In this document: in pieces, positions 19,801 to 27,900 of the stretch
How the letters are laid out: each line of letters begins with the position of its first letter
Numbering within the stretch: position 1 is the first letter of the stretch
From: a virus
Lineage: Duplodnaviria > Heunggongvirae > Uroviricota > Caudoviricetes
IMG/VR virus record: IMGVR_UViG_3300027708_000034
Span: 82,332 to 122,586 of that record
DNA: 40,255 nt
Reading direction: 5' to 3' (one strand)
Position numbers and translations under genes: made by a program
The notes under the pieces: generated by a model
The model's database searches: none
Told to the model about the DNA's origin: nothing
The model's input: only the letters and a program-made list of their open reading frames with translations

Positions 19801-20089
19801 TGGTTAGGATCTCGTATCCACCGATAGTACTCGTTTGGCTGATGAAAACACCGCCACCAACATACAGATCTTTTCCAATACCCACACCACCAACAACTTT
19901 TATTGCACCCGAGTCAGTAGAGGTAGAATTAGTCGAAGTGGTTACAACTATACTGACCGCAGTAAGGGTATTAAGAGCAGTATTACCGCTGTCGATTTTC
20001 CAACCCTGGCCCGTCCATACCCAGGTCCTGACGCCTACAGTGTATACTGTACCTGTACTGGGATTACTGGGGAAGCCTAAAGTTGCCAT
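10844..20089 (-). CDS. Giant fibre protein, 3081 aa: 27 GAL repeats, pectin-lyase-like beta-helix with inserted LamG domain, C-terminal GDxWY module
   Basis: IWYVDP..G.ND...G.P..P.RTIKY.L..A..GDTVFIQPGTYYEEFPLTI..GVNVRGAGLREV.I.P (beta-helix N-cap, about 14025 downward); KYGTGSAKFDGVGD...FGTGDWTVEMWAY...WTHIAV...GYIDDIRVSKG (LamG, about 12590..13200). Confidence 0.85.
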   Translation of the reverse strand: MATLGFPSNPSTGTVYTVGVRTWVWTGQGWKIDSGNTALNTLTAVSIVVTTSTNSTSTDSGAIKVVGGVGIGKDLYVGGGVFISQTSTIGGYEILTTASVNQYANQTSITAGTDTAVSTSTGAVTIWNTSTLQTVTDRGSSTTNTILINNASASTSNNSGALVVTGGAGIGGDLYVGGKIVAQELDIQYTTITTTIIQTDDIIKTFNTTNSESTNSGALVVSGGAGIGKDLYLGGVAYVNSFYSFNTTTQSKIYGPLIIYNDSSSTSINDGALQIYGGVGIRGDLHVANLFSNGSQVLTSKDGSPNFVSKILAGDDISVSSSTGDVTVSDISTLQSVTNRGATTTNVLTILNYGSSTSTDTGALRIYGGLGVGENIFAGGSINAVSLNISTFSTITGNLSVGSVMINSIADSSGANTGALQIAGGMSVGGNIYSSGNVYANGYLVNTGTFTGGVLSNKTRITNSETSTSTNTGALQVIGGVGIGGDVYVDGLGSFDHIITRGTATSIIHGPFQADDVLTVNNNIGSTSSNNGALVVVGGVGIGENLNVNGNITVGGDFTATNIYGVFRGTISGSVDNANYAAAVTGGSPGTLLYQISSTQTGFVTTSLPGYVLVSNGTESPVYQNTLTLSSTSTSTDPFTGALTVAGGVGIGENLNVIGTIKGDNLQISGYDHVSTISGFLDVGAIKVIAPLEFFNASSTDSGALQVIGGVGIGGTVYIGQDLHVAGTAYLNNAEVLTTQSGLSSVLGTSVINQILRITTSTNSTSTESGAVIVTGGVGIGKDLYVGGDLTIKGSLVVTTASIGSSAVTSITAGTDTAVYGTVGNITIWNTSNLQSVTDRGNTTSNSISVINSTSSTSTDSGALTVAGGVGIGGDLYVGGVIYSSSSQVLTFANTSSLLVAYAEYATTSGYALSFDTGTVVTNAISATTSNFATTSGYALSFDTGTVVTNAISATTSNFATTSGYALSFDTGTIVTNAIYASSSTYAETAGVALALGTGTFTIVNTINSTSTDTGALQVYGGVGIGGNLYVGGEIVAQKLTIEYTTITTTIVETDDIITTFNSSSSTSTTTGALVVAGGVGIGGDVYVGGDLKVSGALVVTTASISSSAVTSIIAGTDTAVYGSVGSITIWNTSTLQTITNRGNSTTNAVLILNTDASTSTTTGALQVRGGAAIGEKLFVGSDANINGSLTLAPVIWSYLPTTFTNIPVTYGATHLTFTLEVDDTITNMSVAQGAGGYGPGSVNLVIPGTTFPGGTSPANDIVFDVQTFFSPGPVYSTDVTSTVSYVSGTLPPRYDSIKSTGNVGIGAENNHWTFGTDGVLTLPDGGLITSVSNGVNIYPSAGQAAVISNFSSNNQLYAWDNNVSIQTSPNNAGAIFNTWVFGTDGNLTNPGAVSVLSSVNSTSSTTGALTVAGGVGVELDMYVGGTIYSNNSQVVTFANTASLISSNAGFASTSGFALSFNTGTLVNVAVSASTSNFATTSGFALSFNTGTLVNIAIFASSSTYANIAGIANNLGTGTYAIVNSTASTSTDTGALIVVGGVGIGGDAYVGGNLTVKGALVITTASISSSAVTSVTAGTDTAVSASIGSITIWNTSTLQSVTNRGSSTDQAISITNITESTSTTTGALTITGGIGIGGNLYIRGNIVDVVSGIAYGFQNTGTTSTFVILNTTNSTRATSGALQVRGGVGISKDLYVAGKIIDSTSGIAYGFQTTGTTSTFIISNTSSSTSTNTGALVVTGGVGIGGSLYIGQPSYIGGAQILTTATLISSGGGITTVNAGTDTAVYSYNGIVTVWNTSTLETVTSRGNSTTNTILITNTTAASSTNTGALQVVGGVGIGGDLYIGGSLYQNGQQVLTTASVNQFANQTAIFAGTDTAVSSNSGTSITIWNTSTLQTVTGRGNSTTNAILITNITDSAGTNSGALQVVGGAGIGGNLYVGGDLYQRGAKVVTTSTVQSLSTSTLAGVTQYGATTPDAIRITNTSSSTSTVTGALVITGGVGIGGNINIAGGLVASGINLLNQNQHIWYVDPVIGVNDYTKNGHPSAPARTIKYILGYADDGDTVFIQPGTYYEEFPLTIAKGVNVRGAGLREVIIYPTTATNTATAFLFMGDALISDFTVGGFFKPGYAFEFAPGAVTTTKSPYIERFSVITKGSITSASDPYGFDAHDAGGGVKIDGARVATTSTQASIMFNEATFIVPNATGLYMTNGARAEVINTFFYFADKAVHAVTSSTGYTGAGKTKLKLGGVSGTLSVGDTLFYKTSGGTTLASGTIASVNGSYVYINGAAWGFDTVSTRTAKIVSALGDVSIDTSVKKYGTGSAKFDGVGDALSIASHADFAFGTGDWTVEMWAYRSVTGAVHTLFDYHPISGVNFQIGFAGPGQVRFIAGNTTRITGTAVSLNTWTHIAVSKSSNVTRLFINGTVQATTYADTNNYGQAAVYIGANYTSTEGLTGYIDDIRVSKGIAKYLTTFTAPTQALVVDEYTVLMLHANGISGSTVFTDEPGRLQVIYSTGTNYATATSIDLADYHQFGAEVRSLGSAAIFGNSGVTADGTGTDIKLIAFNVSHIGAGKDSSDDTSLVVQADEVIQINGGKVYYQTVDQGGDFRVGESFLVNQHTGDVSFGNAQVNLGNLGQLTVTDGSNNAVILPTSVSVGSLVLSGGSLVTQTGDLTLDPAGVLTTINSNLQVNGTASISGITDISDQSESTSTNTGALVVTGGVGIGGSLYIGQTSYIGGAQILTTATLISSGGGITTVNAGTDTAVYSYNGIVTVWNTSTLETVTGRGNSTTNKILILNATAASSTNSGALQVAGGVGIGGNLYVGGEIVAQKLTIQLTTVTTTQVTTDDIISTYNITNATSTNSGALQVAGGAGIGGNLYVGSTIYSSGNVVLTTATVNQFANQTSIIAGVGISVSTSSGNITVSNTGVTTATGSTYIGVNTATGSIVITNLGVTNLNSGTDITLSATTGSITINNTSTLQSITGRGATTTNIISFVNTTASTSTTTGAVVITGGLGVGGQINATSIVAGGVRSTTGSNSPADPTVGDMWYNTTNDRLYRYTANGVINFWLDYTGPIVQYPTIF
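11730..11975. repeat. About 245-bp direct repeat, copy A (copy B at about 14660..14905; offset 2931 bp)
   Basis: gtgacagtttc at 11748 and 14679; both encode GGSLYIGQ.SYIGGAQILTTATLISSGGGITTVNAGTDTAVYSYNGIVTVWNTSTLETVT. Confidence 0.9.
14660..14905. repeat. About 245-bp direct repeat, copy B (copy A at about 11730..11975)
   Basis: Manual alignment; differences are almost all synonymous. Confidence 0.9.
17160..17400. repeat. Tandem 81-bp (27-aa) repeat x3; diverged x2 copy at about 15580..15750
   Basis: ATTSGYALSFDTGTVVTNAISATTSNF three times; ATTSGFALSFNTGTLVN variant twice. Confidence 0.9.
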
Positions 20090-20092
20090 GTT

Positions 20093-20500
20093 TTAAATAC
20101 CTGTAAATTGTATCCAATAAAAATTGTCGCCATCTTTTACATACTGAAATTCAACTCCGTTATCAGTATCAATCCAAAAATCTCCTACCCTTGCCCCCTC
20201 AGGTGCTAATGTACTTATCGTTATCCTAGGAGTATAAAGTGGCGAGCCGCCATTGCTATATACATCGCCATTTACATATAAATTGTTAGTGACAGTGGCA
20301 CTGGTTAATGTTATGTTTGTTAAAGTCTGTGACCAAGCACGAGTTCCGGTGTTGGTTGAAATTAACACCGAGCCGGTGGCATAGGGGAATCCCAAATCCG
20401 GTTCGGCATTGCTTAGGTCTAGGAATTTGTGACGGTTTGCATTGAGCTGACCACCAGAGACCTTTTTTACTCTGCCGCTGAGAAGTCTAGTTTTACTCAT
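20093..20500 (-). CDS. Small virion/fibre-associated protein, 135 aa, with C-terminal GDxW module
   Basis: LLSGRVKK...FLDLSNAEPDLGFP N-terminus; P...RVGDFW.D.D..VEFQY..DG...YW C-terminus; 8-nt overlap with upstream gene. Confidence 0.75.
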   Translation of the reverse strand: MSKTRLLSGRVKKVSGGQLNANRHKFLDLSNAEPDLGFPYATGSVLISTNTGTRAWSQTLTNITLTSATVTNNLYVNGDVYSNGGSPLYTPRITISTLAPEGARVGDFWIDTDNGVEFQYVKDGDNFYWIQFTGI

Positions 20501-20834
20501 TGCTTGTTTCTAATATACTTAATACTAGGTTAACACCATTGTTTGCGCCGGCGCTGGCAGTTATTACACCTGCGGTAGGAATAACCAACTTACCAGTTAT
20601 GACGTCTGCCGCATCGTTTGCTGGTATTTCAAAATCTCTCAATAGGGTAAATTCTGTCCCATTCAATATTAGTGTAAATTTAACAGTAACTGGCTCATCG
20701 ATAAGGTTAGTGGCCTGCGCACCAAGCACAATAGTTGTGACCCCTGCAGGGGTTGTATATACCGTGGTAGTAGCAGTAGTTAATTCTAGTGCCTTCGTTT
20801 TAAACGAATTTAACGGTAATGTTGCGGTTGCCAT
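20493..20834 (-). CDS. Small beta-strand-rich structural protein, 113 aa
   Basis: Tightly coupled between fibre genes; TVYTTPAGVTTIVL...LVLSILET pattern seen in small virion proteins of T4-like environmental phages (recognition only). Confidence 0.7.
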   Translation of the reverse strand: MATATLPLNSFKTKALELTTATTTVYTTPAGVTTIVLGAQATNLIDEPVTVKFTLILNGTEFTLLRDFEIPANDAADVITGKLVIPTAGVITASAGANNGVNLVLSILETSNE

Positions 20835-20838
20835 ATTC

Positions 20839-23800
20839 TTATGCTCCTATCGCTAATATATACGGTGTCATTACCGCAAACAAGCTCTTTGTAAATGTTC
20901 TTCCAGAAATAGTCCCTAGGTTATTATTTATCGTTAATTCGTTACCAATTTGGAAGTTACCTTTTTGGTCCGTTCCCGTAAAATAAACCTTGCCGCCGTT
21001 GACTGAAACTGCTTGATTTGCAGTGATTGGCACACCACCTAGATATGGAAGGGCTGCATCTATATTAGTTCCTGCGCCAATCCATTCAAAGTTGTGTGCA
21101 GAGCTTTGTATTTGACTGAATGTCTGGAACGTGATTGTTGTATTGTTTCCGGTGATGTTAGCTGAATTTTCGGCTAGTACTATCACGCAGGTAAATGCTT
21201 CATCTACAACCTTTGCGATAATCCTTAATAGGCCAGCAGCAGTATTACCTTCCACTAAGGTAGCTGATGTGGTAGCCGTCGTATACTGCGGTGTATCATA
21301 TTGCTGCGGCATAGCTATCGAAGTATTTGTGATGATTTTTGGCAGTATTGTAGATATGAAGTAGTATGCGGCGGCGCTGGCCGGTTGTTCACTTGAGGAA
21401 ATTCTCAAGGTCGCACCGTCGTAATATGCTTCACCTGCCACTACAGTTTGACTATTGCCCCCATACATTAAATCATAAGTTACTGCATCAACAACATAGC
21501 CCACATCCCGTTTACATAGGCTTTCACTATATACTAAATTACCAAAAGTTAAATTAATATAAGCGATAGTCTCTGCTTGTATAAATGTTCTATTGGCCAG
21601 CAATAGGTTGTAGGCATTGATCGTAGACGTGGTAGAACTAAAAGTTTGTCCAATAGGAGTTTTTGTATAATCTAGCAAAGGACCATTAACAATGATATTG
21701 GTAATAGTAAATACTGACTGGTCAATCAATGCTACTTCAGCTAGAGTGGCTGTATTTGAGCTGGTTGTTTGAGTTACTGATGTCTGACAAGGATACGCAA
21801 TTTGCTGTCCTAAAATAACCTTCTCTGATATAGTTCTCATGTAATCATACGCAGCCAAAGTTTGTGGTATTTGATTTGCTATGACTGTAGCATAACCATT
21901 GTATCTGTAATAATATACTCCAGACATAACACTTTGTCTATTGCCGCCATGCAGCAGATCGAATGCCACACTTTGAACCATATAAGTAACATCTCTATAA
22001 CAGGTACTAGTATTATAATTAAATGTTGGATAATTTGCATTAATCCAAATCAATGTTTGATCTGCAAGATTATACTGATTTGATATCAGACTATTGTAAG
22101 CATCTACTATATATGAACTGGTAGATATATTACCATTAGGAACAATGCTATCGGTTACATTGGCGGTTCCGGTGCTCAGTATAGATAATATCTTGTTAAA
22201 ATTCGCATTAATTATTGATGTAGCCGTTGAGCTAGTGGTCAGTGTGACAGCTAGGCTCTTGACATAGTTAATCGCAGCGGTTGTAGTTGTAATTTCATTA
22301 AGTATGACATCTATGTAGCCTACATTCTGACTCCAGTATTGCAATCCAGCAAAAAGGCTTTGACTAGTTCCCCCGTAGGCTATATCAAAGGCCAAGCTGT
22401 CTACAATCAATCCAGTGTCTCGATAGCAGGTAGCAGTATTATAATTCCTAACTACAAATTTATTATTGATATAGCCAACAACTTCAGCCTGTATAAAAGC
22501 TCTATTATCCAGCAATATTTTAAAAGAATTCACTAGATATGTGGATGTACCTGCATTCAATGGGATCGGTATCTTAGGTGCTGCTATGCTAGGTCCGTAG
22601 GTGAGTATGTTGGTAATAGTGGTTACTATATGATCTATTATCCTAGTTTGAACTGTTGTGGCTGTTCCGGTATTGATCACTGGTGTTACTGACCGTTGAT
22701 ATGTTGGCCCAGTTACTTTACCTAGGATCAAATCCTTTGACAGCTTGTTTAAGAATTTATAAGCAGCAATAGTTTGAGGGATTTCATTATTAATCACAGT
22801 CGCCGTCGTATCATAACCGTAATAGTACACACCTGCCTGAATACTTTGACGATTTCCACTATGTAGTAGATCAAAGGCAACACTTTGTAGCATATAACCC
22901 ACATCTCTATAACAGGTAGCAGTGTTATATGAACTAAAAGTTGAATTGATATAACTTATAGTAGCATCAGCGATGGCTGTTTGACTTGATATTAATGTGT
23001 TATATGCTGATACGATTCCAGGGTCCGTCGATGCATACGAATTAGGAATAATAATATCTGTTACACCTATTGGCCCGTTTACGATTATATTTGTAAGAGT
23101 ATTGAATAAACTCGTTACCCTATTGGTAGCTGTTGAACTTATTCCAGAAATCGCAGTCAATGCCTGTGTCTCAATATAAGAAATAGCACTGGTTAGTGTG
23201 CTAATTTGATCTACTATCTGACCTGTATATCCAACATCCTGACTCCAGTATTGTAGTCCTGCAAAAGTACTCTGACTGTAGTTGCCGTATAGTAGATCAA
23301 ATGCTATGGCATCAACGATTAATCCAGTATCTCTATAACAAGAAGTGGTGTTATATTGGAAATTACCAATATAGGCAGCAGTTTCTTCTTTAATAAATTC
23401 CTTGTTGGCCTGTAATAATTCAACAGCAGCTATGGTAGCTGATGTAGCACCAGTTGGTGGGTTGAATTGGTATGCTGGTGAGACTCCTACACCATTTTGA
23501 AAAATGTTGATTATGATATCAAATAAGTCGGATATTCTTATGTACGGAGCCGAACCGGGAGTTAGCAGTATCAACGTCTGAGTTTTCAAATAAATCATTG
23601 CTGCTGCGGTCTGTGTTTTTTGCAAATCGATGACTGGAGAGCTAACTGCTCGATAGTAGCTGTTACCAGCTAATACAGTTTGATAATTGCTAGGCAAAAC
23701 CATATCATAACAGACAGACTTTAAAATAGTTCCAACATCCCTGCTGCATTTAAACTGATTAAAATCGAATCCGGGATATGTTTTTAGTATATAGTTAATG

Positions 23801-24912
23801 GTTTTAACTTGTAGTGTGGATACTTCGCTTAAAATAATTTGTCTAGCATTTCTAAGGGCGGCGCCTTCAGCAGACACACTAGGATAGGTGACAACAGTAT
23901 CACCAATGGTTAGTTCGCCAGTTGAGTCAATAGTATAGTAATCGCCGTTGCCAAATCCCACGGCATCGCCAATTGAAGGCACACTGGTTAAATTAGTGAT
24001 GGTGAATACTCTGCCAGTGCTATCGCCAACTACTTTCCCTTCATATTTTACTGCACCGACACCATCTGCATATAAAGCATAATTACCAAAGCTGCTATTA
24101 CTATTTGTAATTGAACAAAATCCGCCGGATTCACATAAGAACCCTTTATCGCAACATATGGTAAACACCGATACTAGCGAAGTATATCCACTGTTAAGCA
24201 TGTGAATACCAATACCGCCTTGATTATACTGCGTAAATGCATCAACCATCATACTCTTGGTACCTAATGCTAGATTGCCGTCAACACGCATGCCTGTGCC
24301 TGTGGTAGTCATGCTGGTACAGTTTTGTACATATGGGCTAGTGGATATAACACCAGCCGATCCGTCAACTGGGAATGAAACTGCCGCCGACGGTGCAATA
24401 TGATCCTTAAAGGTCACATGGGCAATATAGCTGCCATTGTTTACGTAGAATATATCACTAGTAAGTGTTTGGGGTCTAATAGTAACACTACGCAAATTAT
24501 CGCCAATAATTGACACAAAATCAGGAACAACCATGGGACTTATTTCAGTATAATCCCCAGATTTAACAAAAATTGTAGTACCTCGGGTGGCTATTGCTAG
24601 TGCTGCTCGGATTGTTAATTTTGAAGCACCTAAGGTAGTGCCATCGTTGGCGTCGTTGCCGCTTTTACTTACATATAATACATTTTGTACAGCAATCGTT
24701 GGGCCCGATGGGCCTATCGCGCCCACACTACCAGAATATCCTTGGATGCCGCCGTAAGGCAAATCGTTCCAATGTCTGTATCCGTCACCAACTTTGAACA
24801 GATTTGTATCTGTTTCGAGGGCCATTTCACCCACGGCCAGTATAGGATTACCTGTGGAGGTGTTGGCCCATTGGGTTGCGGTACCTCGCCTGAGTTGAAT
24901 TTGAACAGCCAT
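20839..24912 (-). CDS. Virion protein, 1357 aa: Mtd/hyaluronidase-type N-terminal anchor, beta-helix, six C-x-R-D helical repeats
   Basis: MAVQIQLRRGT...W...NPILAVGEMALETDT..FKVGDG...WNDLPY (Mtd_N-like); VLYVSKSGND.NDG...TIFVKSGDY.E...VSIIGDNLRSV (beta-helix cap); repeats at aa 389-1133. Confidence 0.85.
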   Translation of the reverse strand: MAVQIQLRRGTATQWANTSTGNPILAVGEMALETDTNLFKVGDGYRHWNDLPYGGIQGYSGSVGAIGPSGPTIAVQNVLYVSKSGNDANDGTTLGASKLTIRAALAIATRGTTIFVKSGDYTEISPMVVPDFVSIIGDNLRSVTIRPQTLTSDIFYVNNGSYIAHVTFKDHIAPSAAVSFPVDGSAGVISTSPYVQNCTSMTTTGTGMRVDGNLALGTKSMMVDAFTQYNQGGIGIHMLNSGYTSLVSVFTICCDKGFLCESGGFCSITNSNSSFGNYALYADGVGAVKYEGKVVGDSTGRVFTITNLTSVPSIGDAVGFGNGDYYTIDSTGELTIGDTVVTYPSVSAEGAALRNARQIILSEVSTLQVKTINYILKTYPGFDFNQFKCSRDVGTILKSVCYDMVLPSNYQTVLAGNSYYRAVSSPVIDLQKTQTAAAMIYLKTQTLILLTPGSAPYIRISDLFDIIINIFQNGVGVSPAYQFNPPTGATSATIAAVELLQANKEFIKEETAAYIGNFQYNTTSCYRDTGLIVDAIAFDLLYGNYSQSTFAGLQYWSQDVGYTGQIVDQISTLTSAISYIETQALTAISGISSTATNRVTSLFNTLTNIIVNGPIGVTDIIIPNSYASTDPGIVSAYNTLISSQTAIADATISYINSTFSSYNTATCYRDVGYMLQSVAFDLLHSGNRQSIQAGVYYYGYDTTATVINNEIPQTIAAYKFLNKLSKDLILGKVTGPTYQRSVTPVINTGTATTVQTRIIDHIVTTITNILTYGPSIAAPKIPIPLNAGTSTYLVNSFKILLDNRAFIQAEVVGYINNKFVVRNYNTATCYRDTGLIVDSLAFDIAYGGTSQSLFAGLQYWSQNVGYIDVILNEITTTTAAINYVKSLAVTLTTSSTATSIINANFNKILSILSTGTANVTDSIVPNGNISTSSYIVDAYNSLISNQYNLADQTLIWINANYPTFNYNTSTCYRDVTYMVQSVAFDLLHGGNRQSVMSGVYYYRYNGYATVIANQIPQTLAAYDYMRTISEKVILGQQIAYPCQTSVTQTTSSNTATLAEVALIDQSVFTITNIIVNGPLLDYTKTPIGQTFSSTTSTINAYNLLLANRTFIQAETIAYINLTFGNLVYSESLCKRDVGYVVDAVTYDLMYGGNSQTVVAGEAYYDGATLRISSSEQPASAAAYYFISTILPKIITNTSIAMPQQYDTPQYTTATTSATLVEGNTAAGLLRIIAKVVDEAFTCVIVLAENSANITGNNTTITFQTFSQIQSSAHNFEWIGAGTNIDAALPYLGGVPITANQAVSVNGGKVYFTGTDQKGNFQIGNELTINNNLGTISGRTFTKSLFAVMTPYILAIGA
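21190..23870 (-). repeat. Six helical repeats with invariant C-x-R-D; spacing 136, 142, 162, 142, 162 aa
   Basis: Cys codons at 23746, 23338, 22912, 22426, 22000 and 21514 (aa 389, 525, 667, 829, 971, 1133). Confidence 0.9.
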
Positions 24913-24938
24913 TTTCGCCTTTTAACTACGTGTTCTGA

Positions 24939-24946
24939 TATTTATA
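24939..24946 (-). promoter_or_regulatory. T4 late promoter consensus TATAAATA overlapping the upstream stop codon
   Basis: Exact match; 26-nt leader with TTAAAAGG before the ATG at 24912. Confidence 0.7.
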
Positions 24947-27900
24947 CAGAAACTCCGCCGCCGCAAATGCTGGCTATTCCACCATAATTAGTCCCAGGTT
25001 CTCCACCGTCCAAGTTAGGGCTACCACCCATTCCAGCGCCGCCGCTACTGCCTGTATATCCAATTGCCCCTAAATCAACCCAGTTTGCTCCTACCCATAT
25101 CCATAGGTGTGCATTGTCGCCTGTGGCATAAATCGTACCAATAGATCCACCGTAAGGAGTTGGCAATCCCCCGGAAGATCCTACGTATCCACTAATCTGT
25201 AGGCCAGTGCCCTGACTACCTGTATATCCAGTAGATCCAACATAACCGGCGGATCCCTGCGGACCGACTGATCCAGTGTAACCTAAAGATCCGGCATAGC
25301 CCCTGCTACCATTATACCCTACGTCACCCCGACTACCGGTATATCCTATGCTACCTACAGATCCATTATATCCAGCATACCCACGGGAACCATCGTATCC
25401 AGCGAATCCACGAGAACCATCGTAACCAGTAAATCCACGGGAACCATCGTAGCCAGTAGCGCCGACTGACCCATCATAACCAGTAGATCCAGAATACCCG
25501 GTATACCCCCGCGAGCCATCATAACCAGTATATCCTATTGATCCATCATAACCAGTATATCCTCTAGAGCCATCATAACCGGTAGATCCAGTGTATCCAA
25601 CAGTGCCAACCGATCCATCATAACCAACAGCGCCAACTGATCCATCATAACCAACAGCGCCAACTGATCCATCATAGCCAGTATAACCACGTGACCCGTC
25701 ATAACCAGTAGATCCGTAGTAACCGTCTGCGCCCGCTGGGCCTCTGACTGAACCTACATCAGTCCATACGGTGCTACCCCATACCCATAAATGTCCATCA
25801 AAACTTACAATGTATCCATCACCGTTGGTATTTCCACTAGGGGGTAAACTAGTAGATGTAGATACGGTACCAACGATTTTTACTGAGGTACCAGGATCAC
25901 CTTTGCTACCGGCATATCCTGCACTGCCGTTATATCCCGCGCTACCCGCATATCCACCGGGACCTTGTGCTCCGATGCTGCCAGTGTAACCAATAGGACC
26001 CTGTGCTCCGACACTGCCAGCGTAACCAATAGGACCTGTGCTTCCCAAATATCCACCAGGTCCCTGAGGGCCAGTAGGTCCAACTGATCCTGCATATCCT
26101 ATTGGCCCTTGAGCACCTACGCTGCCCGTATATCCCGTGGGGCCTTGTGGTCCAACTGATCCTGCATATCCCAGTGGACCTTGCGCACCTACGCTGCCCG
26201 TATAGCCAATAGGCCCCTGTGGACCGGCGCTGCCTGCATAACCCAATGGGCCCTGTGCGCCTATTGAACCAGCATAACCACCAGGTCCCTGCGGCCCGAT
26301 TGATCCATCATATCCCCTACTACCTGCATATCCTAATGGGCCCTGTGCGCCTATTGAACCAGCATAACCACCAGGTCCCTGAGGGCCAGTAGGTCCAACT
26401 GATCCCGAATACCCTAAACTACCCGTATACCCTTGCGGGCCCTGGGCACCAACACTACCTGTATATCCCCTACTGCCTGCATAACCAATACTTCCAGTAT
26501 ATCCCTTTGCTGCGGTAACAGGCGGCGCTGGATCAATCCTTATTTGGAATGTCCCTATAGCTGATTGCGGGACACTATCTCTAACCGTTACTGAAAAAGA
26601 TACAACACTAGAGCTACTTAACGCTGTTCCTGTTATGTAACCAGTAGAAGTATTATAAGATATTCCATTAAAATTTAAAACAGGGGATATTGAATATGAA
26701 TAATCATTCCCGCTGATTAAAAATCCACCCTGGCCAATGACTGGCTGTAAATTAACATTATCACCGACTGCTATTACCTGTAAACTTTGAGGTACAGATG
26801 CCGTTAAACTCGGTGGAGTCGAAGGAGTGATGGTTAAATTAAATGTGCCAGTATTCGACTGTCTATTTTGATCCCTTACGGTAACTGAATATTGTGTACC
26901 ATTAATAGAAACAATAGGAGTTCCTGAGACAAAACCACTGCCTGTATTAAAAGCTAAACCTAGCGAGTCTATCGCCGGATTGATGTTATAACTTAGACCG
27001 CCGTAGTTTAAATTACTTCCAACGATTGGTTGGAAAGGTGTTGCCTGTGAATATTGAGGCAATACCTTACTAGGCGTAGAAGTTGTTATGGTTATTGGAG
27101 GCGGTAATACTGTTAAACTAAAAGTAGCTGTAGATTTATTAGATTGAGAATCTGCAACTGTAACTGAGTAACTGGCAGTCGACGACACATTCGCAGGTGT
27201 GCCAGTTAATATTCCATTAGATTGACCAATATTCAATGTACCATTAGGTAGACTACCACCACTGATACTATAACTTAATAAACCAATACCGCCCGTAGCA
27301 ATTACGGGTTGTATGCCTGTAGTAGCAGAATTTGCGTATAGCACAACGGTTGTGCCAGTTGCTTGTAATATTATCGAACTGGGCTCTGCTACACTTAGAC
27401 TGATATATTGGGTAGAAGTTTGTCCTGTTACGTTATCAGTGACAACTAATGCATATGTGGCTGTGGTTGAAGTAGTCGATGGTGTTCCGGATATCACACC
27501 CGGAGTAACTAACTGTATGTTAGGGTATTCCGGAAGAGCTGGAATCGTAGAATAACTTACTCCACCCCCGCCGCCGCCAGCATAGTTAATTACTTTAGTA
27601 TTAGACTGTGTCCCTTTTGTTAATTTTACAGTACTGGTAGTTAGCGAAGTGGTGAACGGAGTATATGCTACAGATATCGTAAACTGTGTCGAACTAGTCT
27701 GATTGATTGGCAGACTGTCGGTGACTGTAACTGTATACGTGCCAGTGGTGCTGACTACTTGCGGAGTTCCGCTAATCGTACCATTGGCAAAAGTTAAATT
27801 AGACGGCAGTGTTGGCTGGATACTAAAGTTTAAAGTTCCATATCCTGCACTACCAACAACTACAGGTGTAAAATTAGTAGCAGTACCAACAGTTAATGTA

